From Balanoglossus misakiensis (Eukaryota; Animalia; Hemichordata): a stretch of DNA of 64,000 nucleotides. This document shows positions 53,001-64,000 of the stretch, in pieces (position 1 is the first letter of the stretch; every line of letters starts with the position of its first letter). The translations under genes were made by a program, and so were the position numbers. The stretch is from NCBI GenBank assembly GCA_040954595.2, contig CM082577.2, positions 6,436,301 through 6,500,300 on the forward strand, read 5' to 3'. Under the pieces are notes generated by a model that was not told the origin of the DNA, ran no database searches, and saw only the letters and a program-made list of their open reading frames with translations.

Positions 53001-56000
53001 TTAATATCTGTTTGAGTGGTTCAACAATATTTATACTGTAGTTCACCCATACTTTTTTTTGCAAAACTTATTATGAACGAGAAACTGTCGATCACGAGAC
53101 AAACCTGGGTCACACTATCATATCAGATGTGTTTATTGCAGCATTACTGTAATCAGATACAAGTACTTGAAAATGTGCCATAAAAACATCCCTTTTTTGT
53201 TTTGTTCTGTATTGTGAAGTCCACTCTTCAGTATATATAACTTGATGGTTAAACTTCAATCAGTGGGATGTTGGTTTTCCTGGTCTAAAATCTAGCTGGA
53301 GACTCCAGAAGCTACAAATCTGATTTTCTGTTTGCAGAACCTGGAAATTCTAACTACCGTAGATTCTAGACTATTGGCCTTCAGGAAAGCCTGAGTCAAA
53401 AACTGTATATACCCAATTACAGTCCTACAAAATTGATCAAATAAATATAAAATCTGTGGGTTTTTTCATTCTAGTAATAAATGTCATCATCTTCCATACC
53501 GTCCACTTTTTCTTCCAATTTCAAATTATCTGCCATTTCAGTATCATATCTTTCTTAACATGTCCCATATCAGTGATTAGGGGGTACCTGCATGTACTGA
53601 TAGTATATACACACAAGACAATGCATACTATTGTGTAATTTACAAGAACAATTGGCTAAAGTTGTGTAATTGCAAGAACAAAGGTTATATTTGTTCAGGA
53701 CGAGGGCAGAAGCCTTAGAACTGGCACCCACACAAATCAAAATACATTCATTTCACCATGACATGGCATCCCAACTACTATAAACAGGTTGTCAAGAATT
53801 TGGGCAACAGTTTAGTTGGGTTACATACCAGTAATTACATCAACACTCAACGAGTATATCTCCTAGTGAGATATGTATGCAGTATATAACAAAATGCCTT
53901 CTTGCGCAGTAAACAATGAAATGAATATTGAGATGACTTTATTGAACAAATGATTGATAGACAATTTGTAGGATTGAGAATAAAAAATCGGAGCACAATA
54001 TGTTTTCAGCATCATACATGTACATGTATATCTATGATGCAGTAATTACAGTTTAATATCAAACTTTACGTTGGCCCTCCGAAGGCCCTCTGTAACCTGA
54101 GACAGCAATGTGGAGCATGGGAAAAAATTCCCAACAAACACATTTCTTCCGGAAATGAAATGTTACACCTAGCTTTTTTTCATAGAACGTATCCCTTCTC
54201 TATATGGAACTGATCTGTTCTTGAGGCTGGGATACACCCTTACGCCCTATGTGGTCCTGAATGCAAGTATATATAAATATGACTTCTGGCAGAGAGGACA
54301 GCTGCGTAACAATGATACCAATGTGGTACAAACCAACACGTATTAATGGCAGCTCTCCGTCTTTGAACACGTCCGCACAAAGAGCGCATTTACCGGTGTT
54401 GGTTCGCACCAACCTGAAAGGAGTTGCACCCTTCAAGAACCGGACGACTACAATAGACGCGGACGAAAATAATCCGAGGGCCATGGATGCCAAAAGGTGA
54501 ACATCTCGTATCATCAATTATGGCGGATCAGAGAGAGACCAGGCTCGCACGCACAACCGGGAATGAGTGGCGATTTATCGACTCTCGGCAATAAATTAAT
54601 ATCAGCTTTAGGATGCCATTGTGTGTAGAGATTGGGAAACGCTATTTCAAAGGGGCAGTGAACACAAACGGTTCAGGGTGATCTTTTTCACTTCACCTGG
54701 ATATTAACTGCCAGCATGAATAATGCATTGTGACAAGGGTAGATTGTGTTCTTTCAATAGCAAGATAGCAAAAAAAAATCATCCAGCTGATAAGAAGCAT
54801 CTAAATTAATAATACTTAATCTTGAAGCCTACAGAACATGTTGACACAGAAAAATTACCAAAAGAAAATGATGATTCACTTGGTACGGATCAAACTTTGC
54901 ATATATCACCATAAATAATTAATCATTTTATCATCGTCACGTCAGTAATTACACATATTTTATTAACCTATAATGACTGTCTAACTCAGTAATTACAAAT
55001 ACATCTCACAACCCTAGCTGAAGTAAAGGCTGTTACACAGTAGTTTTGTTTTGTTCACTGAACTGACCAGTGAGACATCGTTACTTTTTTGTGTATCATA
55101 TACGACATCTTGTTCTGCTCTCTGAACAAAGTCAGAGTGCACATTATTTGGCCTGTCAACATATACAATATACCACACCAGATGGAGCAGAACCACATTG
55201 CAATGATTCTATTTAAGATGTACGTGTACCCTAGAAACTCCTAATTGTGGGAAGCCCTTGATGTATTTATAATAGCTAACAGATAGGTTTGCTAACTATT
55301 AACTACGAACGCTGTTCGAGTCTAAATGGCATGTTTGCCTATCGCAGCATCACTCAAAGCGTAATTACAGTGACCTCAGAAAGATACCAGGTGTTCTGGT
55401 GGTGAAGGCGCCAAGGGGGTTACTGGGGGATGACCCATGCAGAGCTGTGCCACGTTGATCATTACACAGCGCTTGCGTGCTAATAAATACTATTGATCCA
55501 GCCTAGATTTGTGAGATCTGTCTCCAGCTCTGCAAACCTAGAACTGCTGGGCTACAAAGTAGCTGTCACACCAAGTATCACTGATCAAGTTCGAAAGGGC
55601 AATTTTGTTTTTCAGAGCAACAACTGTTTCCCAGAAGCAGAGGAAAAGGTACCTTCCCCACATGTCCCCCGAGTCTGTCGACATTCCTCTCTGGAAAGAG
55701 GATATACTAATAGTGATAAAATGACAACACAGCACTACCACATATGTAAACTACAAATCATTTGGTTGCATGAGCGCCAAGGTGATATATTTTTCCAGAG
55801 ATGGCATGACACTATAATTTAACAATTACTAGCCTTTACGTGACAGTAGTATATATGAATCTGGTGCAATTCTTCGGATAAACTAGCGTAGAAATCTGTC
55901 AACTATTGATTCTCAATCATCCGAATATATACAATACACACATTCCCATGTTGTCTGTACTGTGACCCGGCACAAATAAGTGTATAAAACAAACAACACA

Positions 56001-58704
56001 GATATAAAATTCAATACTGATAAAATGCACTCAAGTTTAAAATTTATTGAACTCAACTGTTGCACAAAACTAACCACATTAGCCAGGCATTTTGAATTGA
56101 CATCCAAGTTTCAATACTCGCATGACTGATGTACATGTATGCAAGGCAAATTTGTTCAAGAATTTAGGTGCAATCTCCTCTATTGTCCAGTTTGTATTGA
56201 AACCTTGATGGGCGCATATGTACTGAATAAGAGACGTACTCAAGAGTTCACTAAAGTTCTCTACATTCAAATGCCACCACAAACAAACTCGGTAACTCCA
56301 GCACAAAAGGTTTCAATTTTGTTGGCTTGGCGTCAATACTGCGATAATACCGTGAGCACTGCTGATCTGAAATGGGGAAGTCCGGTGAAATTTCACCTCA
56401 GCCTGGTATATTAAGACTGTAGGGGGAAGGTTCACTCTTATAACATTCTGCCGCTTCTACGAGACTTTCCACAAATCCCGATACAACCAACTCTGCCACT
56501 CTCCCACAAAACAGGTAGTTAAGGTTGTCCTGTCCTGCACTGCATGAGTTCATGATAAATTTAAGATTTATCGATTCCTGCATCACTACACGGCAACTCC
56601 GACTAAAGCTTCTTTTAATAATACGGTAAAGTATAACATGACATCTGGGGATTACCAGGGTAGGTTTTTGCCCGGCGTCTTTAAGCTACAGCGTCTCAGA
56701 AATTTCAACAACAAAAATTGAACAGGTGTCAAGAGGTAGGTGGTAATTCCAAACAACCGTGCTATGGTAAGCTCTGTGACATGTTTTCCAAATTGGAACG
56801 TGTAAAAGATTGTTAGTATACGCCTGTCACTGTATTAAACTATGAAGTTCAAGTGTACAATAACGTTCCATATTGTACAGTGAGCATAATCCTGTAATTA
56901 TGAATGTTTTTTGCAATTTGAGCTTAATAATAAATATAAAATATTTTATATTTGAGGTGATGTTATACATATTTCACGAATATCCTGATATTTTCGTAAC
57001 AGCCTCTGCGTAGTACGCCAACTGGAAAATTTATTGACGATCATTTAAGCCATAAAATTTATGCATAATCCCAGACCATAAAAATTAAATTCAATAATTC
57101 ATAAAATTTTCCGTTTGAGTGGACTCACAAAGGTAAGTAAACAAAGTTTAAACATTTCTGAAAGGTAAACCCACCCAACTCCCTAGATTTTTAAGTGGCT
57201 TTCAGAGGATTACTTCGATAATTGCTCGCCAGATCTCTCATTCATCACCATCATGTGAACTGTAAGTACCGCTTTCAAATTCTCCTTATGGTGGTATTAA
57301 ATCAGATACGAGATATCCTGCACAACATCCTTCTCAACAAAAAACCATTCCTTTCCTCAATAAAGTGATCTCATGGTAACTACTGCCCACACTTTGAACA
57401 ATTCAGAAATTTCTGATTTGCAGAATTCATCCTGAATAATTCATTGTTGTAGAGCGACATTTTTTCCCTTTAAAGCCGTGAATTATGTATGAGTGTTTGC
57501 GAGTACAGCTGGCTTTTAACTCCATCTGGCATCCTAAGACTACTTACTGCCAACTGATCAACCCAGGTTCTTGTGTCTCAAACATAAGAATTATAACCTG
57601 AAGCACACTGAACTCGGGTCAAAAAGACTTTAATTTCAAAAGCTTTATCCAGCTTGGTTCTTCAAAGAACTGATTAATATTAGAAAATCTGGGAACATTT
57701 GGAGTGTGTGCAAAAGCTAATTCCCCATCTACAAAGTCTTTTACGGTGATAAAACACAAATGCCACTGATGTTTTTGGCACCACAAGAGCAAAATATATA
57801 AGAAAAAGGAATTTAGAATAATAGAAAAGGATTTCATAAACTGATAGATACATCACCATGATGTAACAAATTTTTTAAAACAAAATTTTTAACCATCTAT
57901 CTTAAAAGAAACCACTTTCGCTGATACTATCAATCATTAAATTAAACATCTCATCAGGAACCTTTGGTTATTGGTATGCCTAATTTTAAGTTGTGAGATT
58001 TTTAAAATATAGATATACTTCACACATTAAAGTTGCCATGGTGCATGTCAACTTACCAGTATAAAATATCAAAATATTCCATTTTTAATTTAGCATTCTG
58101 GAATTCAACTGACGCATAATAAAATGCTTTTTCTTGGGTAGTCTATAAGATAGCTGCAATAATTGTAGCCTTGGTTGGCTAGTTGATCGCTGACAGCTGG
58201 CTTGATCGCTGACGGCCCCACCAAGGCTACAATGATTGCAGCTATCTATAAGAGTACTAACCCTTTTTATGAAATTTCTCAAACTGAGTTTAATACTAGT
58301 AAGAAACTTACATTTTCATCCACCACATGGGCAATCTTTGAAGGTGCGAATTCCAGCTCATTTTCTGTAAACGGTCTCACTCGGACAGCCACCTGTAAAA
58401 AAATAAAAACTTGTCTTCTTTTGTTTTCTATTAAACATAATTGTTTTACCTTTACAAAAAGGTAAAAAAAAAATTTTTTCAAATAAAAACATTTTTAAAG
58501 CACTTTGCTTAAATTTTGTTTTGTTTTGTTTGTTTTGAAAGCTGATACAAAATTGTTTTGACTTGGCTCCATATTTTTTTCACAGCGGGTATTTCTGTGT
58601 AGCCTACTGTACGACTAACTGGTTAAAATCAGGACGTCAAAAATGACAAGACCACTCACCGTAAGCTGGTGGTCCCTCCAGTTTTTCACAGTTTTAGCTG
58701 ACAT
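23692..58704 (-). CDS. KIF19: Kinesin-like protein KIF19 (kinesin-8, ciliary tip), 19 exons, ~1037 aa
   Basis: Exons: 58704-58660, 58392-58312, 36650-36540, 30773-30686, 30123-29987, 29365-29240, 29075-28875, 28611-28468, 28322-28200, 27955-27808, 27591-27417, 27246-27164, 26883-26702, 26339-26010, 25881-25757, 25473-24825, 24466-24376, 24219-24112, 23858-23692 (TGA); 3114 nt in frame. Motor motifs [55 protein letters not shown]19-type [14 protein letters not shown] and [12 protein letters not shown]. The last three exons are less certain. Confidence 0.93.
25525..25706. repeat. Degenerate TGACC(C/T) repeat tract
   Basis: About ten TGACC/TGAACC units filling KIF19 intron 15. Confidence 0.6.
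26416..26586. mobile_element. Tc1/mariner-pogo-type MITE with TA target-site duplication
   Basis: TA|CAGTCAAACCTGTGTTAGTGGCCA ... TGGCCACTATAGACAGGTTTAACTG|TA; internal repeats CCACCTCTATAGAGC x2. Confidence 0.8.
31957..32053. repeat. (ATC)n microsatellite followed by a poly-C run
   Basis: About 25 perfect ATC units, then degenerate. Confidence 0.95.
34682..34768. repeat. Interrupted (CAT)n microsatellite
   Basis: ATCATC.../CATCAC runs. Confidence 0.9.
39550..39563. promoter_or_regulatory. RFX X-box motif
   Basis: GTCGCCGTGGCAAC vs consensus GTTGCCATGGCAAC. Confidence 0.5.
43054..43125. mobile_element. 72-bp hairpin mini-element with perfect 26-bp arms
   Basis: TAGTCTAGTATCTAGCCGTATTTTGT...ACAAAATACGGCTAGATACTAGACTA; 20-nt centre containing GAAGC. 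Confidence 0.75.
44270..44320. promoter_or_regulatory. Tandem pair of RFX X-box motifs
   Basis: GTTTCCATGGTATC (44270-44283) and GTCTCCATGGTAAC (44307-44320). Confidence 0.5.
48201..48225. promoter_or_regulatory. RFX X-box plus forkhead site composite
   Basis: GTTGCCATAGCAAT then GTAAACAAA (48217). Confidence 0.5.
50017..50039. promoter_or_regulatory. Forkhead/CRE/X-box composite
   Basis: TGTTTAC-T-TGACGTCA-TGGCAAC. Confidence 0.5.
52734..52834. mobile_element. Short TTAA/CCC-GGG-ended (piggyBac-like) MITE, best copy of a local family
   Basis: TCAACCCCTT...TTGGACCAAACCACGGTGGTGAAAGGGTTAA; related sequence at 21752-21850 and 15713-15741. Confidence 0.6.
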
Positions 58705-58999
58705 TATCCTTGTTGGCTGTGGCTGCCCGACACACCTCTAAACAAGGCATTCTTGGCCAGCTGTTGAGTTGAGTTGTGACAGTTGGCAGACACTTGCGAA
58801 TTCGGTTGGTTGTGCGGAAGCCTGTGGTTTAGGTCCACACAGGCACCGATCGAAGCCTGTTTCTGGGCGATCTCCTTGATTTGTATATTTCTGTTTGTAT
58901 GACTCAAGTCTCAATTATTAATAGAAAACACACTCTCTACACAAAACTTGAAAACAGTGCGACTGTTTAGACTGTCTGATACACAGTGTTGTTTTAAGT

Positions 59000-59700
59000 T
59001 GCTATAAACAGAAAACCTCTGATTTCATCGTACTTCCCTGGCCGCCGATCTTCGTCCGGCGTACGCTGATCAGCAGTCTAGCGGACGACGGGCAGGTTGA
59101 ACCTACGGAGGGGGACGGGCGATCGGTCTCCAACTGAAAGCGTCCGTGGAAACGGAGAAAGACGGAACAGATGCCCACGTACGCACTGTCGTGGATCGTG
59201 ACGTTATTTCTTGGGGTTGCGATGCAACTGAAAGGGTCTCTGTAGGGTTCGATCACTCATCAACGTCCTCTGCAACCATCCCGTCGAAGACTTTGCCAGT
59301 AGTGATCGCGAACTTTATTACATATGGTGGCGGCCATGATAACAGTGCAGTAAGTGCCCCGACCGAATCACTATTTATTTATGTGTAATGCTCCGCGTAA
59401 TGATGCAAGGACTTCGTATGAATATTTTATGAAACATCGATTTTTTGTCCGCGCAACGAGCCAAACTTATTGATTTTTAAACAATTATCGATCACAGGAA
59501 CGAATTCCACGTCTTATATCCGCTGGAACGACGTAGAAGTTGATTACGAGTGAAAATTAGTTCGGCACGGTTTACTTTTGCAAGTGTCAAGTGACGTTTC
59601 ACACAATAGCATTGTTTATGTACCAAGTTGTTTCTCTTTGCTCGGCGGCGTCAATTTGTTGCCTAGAAACACATGTATGCAAATCAGCTGGCTTTCCCAA
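59000..59700 (-). promoter_or_regulatory. CpG-rich KIF19 promoter/5' region with RFX X-box
   Basis: Marked CpG enrichment upstream of the KIF19 ATG (58704); X-box GTTGCCTAGAAAC at 59658-59670. Confidence 0.6.
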
Positions 59701-61301
59701 TAGTTGACAGAGATCTACGGTACAGCCCGTTGATTACCTTTTTGAAAAAAAAGGTTAATTAATATTATCTGTTCTAATGTCGTTTTATATTGCCACTCTC
59801 CCCAAGATACTTTCCAATAAAAAGAGTTAATGATTTTTAAATAACAATTTTTACAATATATGGATATGATCACAGAATATTATTTCAAAAATTGAAGTCA
59901 CCTGTTTATTTTCTATTTTTATTTCTTATTGCAGGAACAATTAAACAAAGTTGATACTATTTAATTATTCAGTAGAAATGCACGTTCTTTTTATATTTTA
60001 GAACCTGGCTATTTTCACCCTTATGATTTATATTTTCATTTTTCATTTATTAAACAAATGCGGAAAAATGCTCTTCGTGACATTTCTTTCTGGTTACAAA
60101 TTTATCCCCTAAAGAGGGTAGAACTTGAAAGTATCAGTTAAATGACAGATTCACAGTCATTTTCACATCTCGATAGGTGTCATTGTATGACCATAAATTT
60201 GAGATTTTATTTTGAGACACGTATCCAAGATGTCTGTTGACCAGACACCTCTGTAAACCTTTCTCGTTTGAGTTCTGCACAACTGCAAGTTTAACTCTTC
60301 TAACTGCCTGCATAATATGTTCCCCTTATTTCTGTCAAAAGCCCGCTCATCAAAATTTTGTGTCCAATACGTATTTAGGAGGAAAATTGTAAAAACAACA
60401 GCATCTCCTCTGTCAATGTGCTGAGGGCGCTTTAAACACAGTAAGTGCTGACAGGAAATTAACGGCATACATACATTGGCCGCTTGTATCAACTGGATCA
60501 ACACATGGCCACTTCAACAATGATTTTGGACAGTTTACTCCATCACACACACACAGGGGAAAAAAATCTGACTCATCAAACTCAAGTATGGAAACTTTTT
60601 TTATTGAAATAACCTCAAAAACCAGGTTGCTTATTACACAGTTTATCAACAAGAATTGTAAACATCAAAGAAGGTAATCTATTGGCATCACAGGACAAAA
60701 AGGGGCTTGTGCCCCAGCGTCTGAATTACTATGGACTATATACACACATAAATGAGAGAGAAAGTAACGTAGAAAGAATTTATTTACAAAATGTTCTGGT
60801 TTGAACTGTCAAAACTTCATATAATAGTTTTTATTCACTCACCACTGTATAATTTTATTTTTTTAAATATTTTTTCCCTTTTATATTCAGATCACATGCA
60901 GTACATGCAATGTATGGATGCATAATGCCATCTGGGTGTTAACTGCCAGCTCAATGCTTTTCATACCCACGGGGTCACAGTCCTAACAGGGTTTTATGAA
61001 TGCGAACTTGTTACAAAATGACATTAAAATATATAAGTAAAAATCTTGATATTTCTGAGTATGAAATACTTTTGTAATGAGTGTTCTGAACTTGGATTTT
61101 CCACTGCACGGACAGCTGACAGTTGATAGTGAGATGATTTCTTTTCTCAGGCGATTCGCTGAGCACATTTGCAGTACTTTTGAATATTTTTTTTGCTTTT
61201 CCTGTCATGTTTTTTTTTGCACCTATCAAATATTTACAAGTGACTTCTCCCTATTGTTGTCTCCAAAGGGTAATCAGTCTCCAATAAGTCCATGGTTTAA
61301 C

Positions 61302-64000
61302 TTAGTCAGCTTTTTCTTCACCCTGTTCAAGAAATTAAAGAAATATAAAATTAAACATTATTGATACAGTATATCGTAACAAATTATCCTAACTTTTCTA
61401 CACATTTACATTTAATGTCTTCCCATAAACAGATGATTAATGGCTTCTTTTCCCACTAGGTTAACATTTCAAATGTATTGGAAATAGTAAATGCCAGGTT
61501 GACATGTCAGGAAAGTAGATTTTTGAACTTCAAACTGACCTCTTTTTCTCCATTTTCTGTGTCGGCCTTTTCTTCAGCAATGGTATCCTAAAGATAAATA
61601 CACAAATAATTAATTTTCTGCAAAATAAATGTGTTTATCAGCCCTGGTTTAAAATATTCTGCTTTAAATTCAAAGCAGAATTTTGTCAAAGCAGTGGATG
61701 AGCACAGGTTTCTAAAGTGTATAAACTGTCCTTTACATACATTGCTGTGTTCTTAAACACCTTTTTCATAAAGAAGGCACTCTTCAAAGTTCTTGTCGAA
61801 AAACTTTTTTGTAGAGCACCCTCTTTATTAAATTGATGTATAAAAAGCTTTTTCTTCCTTCAAACAGAGAGAGGGACATACATCTTTGTCGTCACGTGCA
61901 GCTTCCGCCTGTTTTCGCTTGGCCTCCTTGGCTTCCCTGCTCTTCTTCTCGGCCTCAATCAGATCGTAGAAGTCCTTCTCCGCCCTGGCGACCAGATCCT
62001 CCTCCTCCATGTCGCCCGCGTCCCCCTCGTCGTCGTGCTTCTCCTGCCCGCTGGTGCTGCGCTGCTTGAGTCGCATCTCGCGGTGGCGCGACTCCAGGAT
62101 CTTCTCCCGCCGCTGCTCGCGCTCGAACATGGCGGTGACCAGCCCTTTCTCGTTCCTCTGCATGGCGCACAGGCCGTTGGAGAGTTCGAGCAGAGTGGTG
62201 GTTCCGCTCTGCGAGCCGGTGGCAATGAAACGGCCCTGGTCCTGGATGCGTAGACTGTGCAAGGCTTCATCAGTAACCTGTGGGAAGGGATTTTAACAAC
62301 ATGTTATTGGACTTCCTGCTTCATTGGGTGGAAAGAGGAATTCAAATGGAACATAGTACATTCATACAAGTAATAACATGGGCAAAATGTTTATCCACAT
62401 GTATTTGTGCCTCTATCACACAATTACTTCAGCGCCTCTTCTTGATTAGGACTGAAGGTTACTCACCTGTAAACTGAGAGTTGGGTCATTCTGTTTAAAT
62501 AGGAAATCCCAGACATCGAGCGTACCGTCCATCTTGGTGGTGAAGAAAACAGCAGGCCTGGTAGGACTCCAGCATCCGTCTGTCATGTATGACATGTGAT
62601 ATCTGAGAGTGAAAACAACACAATGCAAGGATTAGGTGCTTAATATAATCCACATTAATACAAGTGTGATTTAAAAATCATGATGCTTGCAATCAGGCCT
62701 GGCAAACTTAATTGTGTTGCCCACATATTATAAGTTGTGTCATGTGTGGTATTAAAGTTGTCATTATTCAAAGATGATAGTCTTCAATCAACTTACTTGG
62801 TCCACATAATAGATGATTCCCTGATATCTTCTGACCAAATCTGAAATAAATTAAAAAATACATTTTTTTTCATTTTTGCACTCTAAACATAAAGAATCTG
62901 CATCATTTTTTCAAGGATTACAGTAAAACATGCAGTCGATTTTCCCAACTCTTGTCCATTCAATAGTAAGGTACTTTTGAACAGAGGGTCAGAGTGCAAA
63001 GGTTAAAAAAAATACACATGCATCTTACCCTGGCCGTCCAGTCTCCAACTGTTAAGAAGTTCTTCGGGAAGAACGGATTCCTTTGTAATGAGTAAACAGG
63101 TCCTAGATGTGCATTGTATATTGAGACGATCTTCTCCATTGGCGTCTTGGCTTTGCGGTTACACGAAATCACAGTGCCTTGCTCAGTACCAACCATGAAC
63201 TTTGTGGGCTGTCAACAAAATATTGCAATTTAGCATGCATTCAGAGACATTGATCTAACAGTACTTCCAATTCACCACATGAAAATAATTATTTAGTTTA
63301 ATCTCTGGAATTAATTAACTATTCATTCTCTTTTTTTAAAATGAACTGCAAATACAAGAATGATCACAGACTTAGTACTGCTTCAATGCTACCATGACAT
63401 TTTTTTTTTCATACAAATGTAATGAATTCAAGTGTCAAGTGGTACTTATTGGCTCGGCAAAACTTACAATGGTGGGCTCATATTCTAACGCAATAACTCC
63501 TTGTGCTTTCTCTATGTCCATTTTCTTGGAGGGGTCCATGATAAGCTTTTCTGTGGGTTCACCGAGTTTACGCGTGTCCCACCAGAGCACCTGGCCGTCT
63601 GTGGAAGATGAGAAGCACTCAGTTCCTGTCTTGGACTGCAACCAGATAACTTTGTAGACGGGATCTCTGTGGCTGTGTTCTACGGGGGACATCTCGACCG
63701 GCTGGGAACCCTTTCTGGTGTCCCAGTACGCTAGGAAGGGGAAAACATACGTCAACAAAGTTAATACAAATGGTAAGCAACCACCACGATATGATGAAAG
63801 TAAAAGCATAACGGTTCTGTCTGCTTCATTACAATTGTTACTCAATGTCGACCTTTCCATGCACCATACTGTTAATATTTCTGAATAAACAAGTACACAA
63901 ATATCCTGATTTTATACATTCATGGTATGTACATGAAAAGATAGAATTTTGGAAACTCACCAATCTGTCCATTGTAGCAGCCACCAACTAAGACATGTGA
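61302..64000 (-). CDS. DNAI2: Dynein axonemal intermediate chain 2 (WD40; outer-arm IC), 3' part only
   Basis: Exons >64000-63961, 63730-63468, 63208-63029, 62840-62797, 62602-62467, 62277-61882, then probable 61587-61540 and 61322-61302 (TAA). Peptides [77 protein letters not shown] and [22 protein letters not shown] are characteristic of DNAI2. Confidence 0.93.

Noticed and set aside
58704-58907. Upstream ORF whose TAA overlaps the KIF19 ATG (TAATG)
   Set aside because: Starts at TTG, no ATG; no evidence of translation.
61833-62296. Multiple overlapping ORFs
   Set aside because: Alternative frames of the GC-rich DNAI2 exon.

Overview
AT-rich eukaryotic genomic DNA from an intron-rich animal. 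A marine invertebrate, plausibly a deuterostome, is inferred from composition and repeat style, not proven. I reconstructed five spliced genes by hand: MEIOB (- strand, 495 aa), head-to-head with Njmu-R1/C17orf75 (+, 439 aa); a MARVEL/plasmolipin-like gene (-, 212 aa); KIF19 kinesin-8 (-, 19 exons, 1037 aa, 21.7-kb intron 2); and the 3' part of axonemal dynein intermediate chain DNAI2 (-, runs off the window). Notable non-coding signals: (i) a 481-bp foldback element in a C17orf75 intron whose hairpin tip carries three tandem G.A mismatches, two T.G wobbles and a GC-GATA-GC mini-loop, all stabilising only one strand, with nested 23-bp inverted repeats; (ii) an AT-AC U12-type intron in C17orf75; (iii) many RFX X-box-like motifs, some with forkhead/CRE sites, across the KIF19 locus; (iv) the DNAI2-KIF19 tandem arrangement also seen in human; (v) several small MITEs and hairpins. 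I found no rRNA, tRNA, CRISPR or transposase genes. Most ORFs in the six-frame track are noise or exon fragments.
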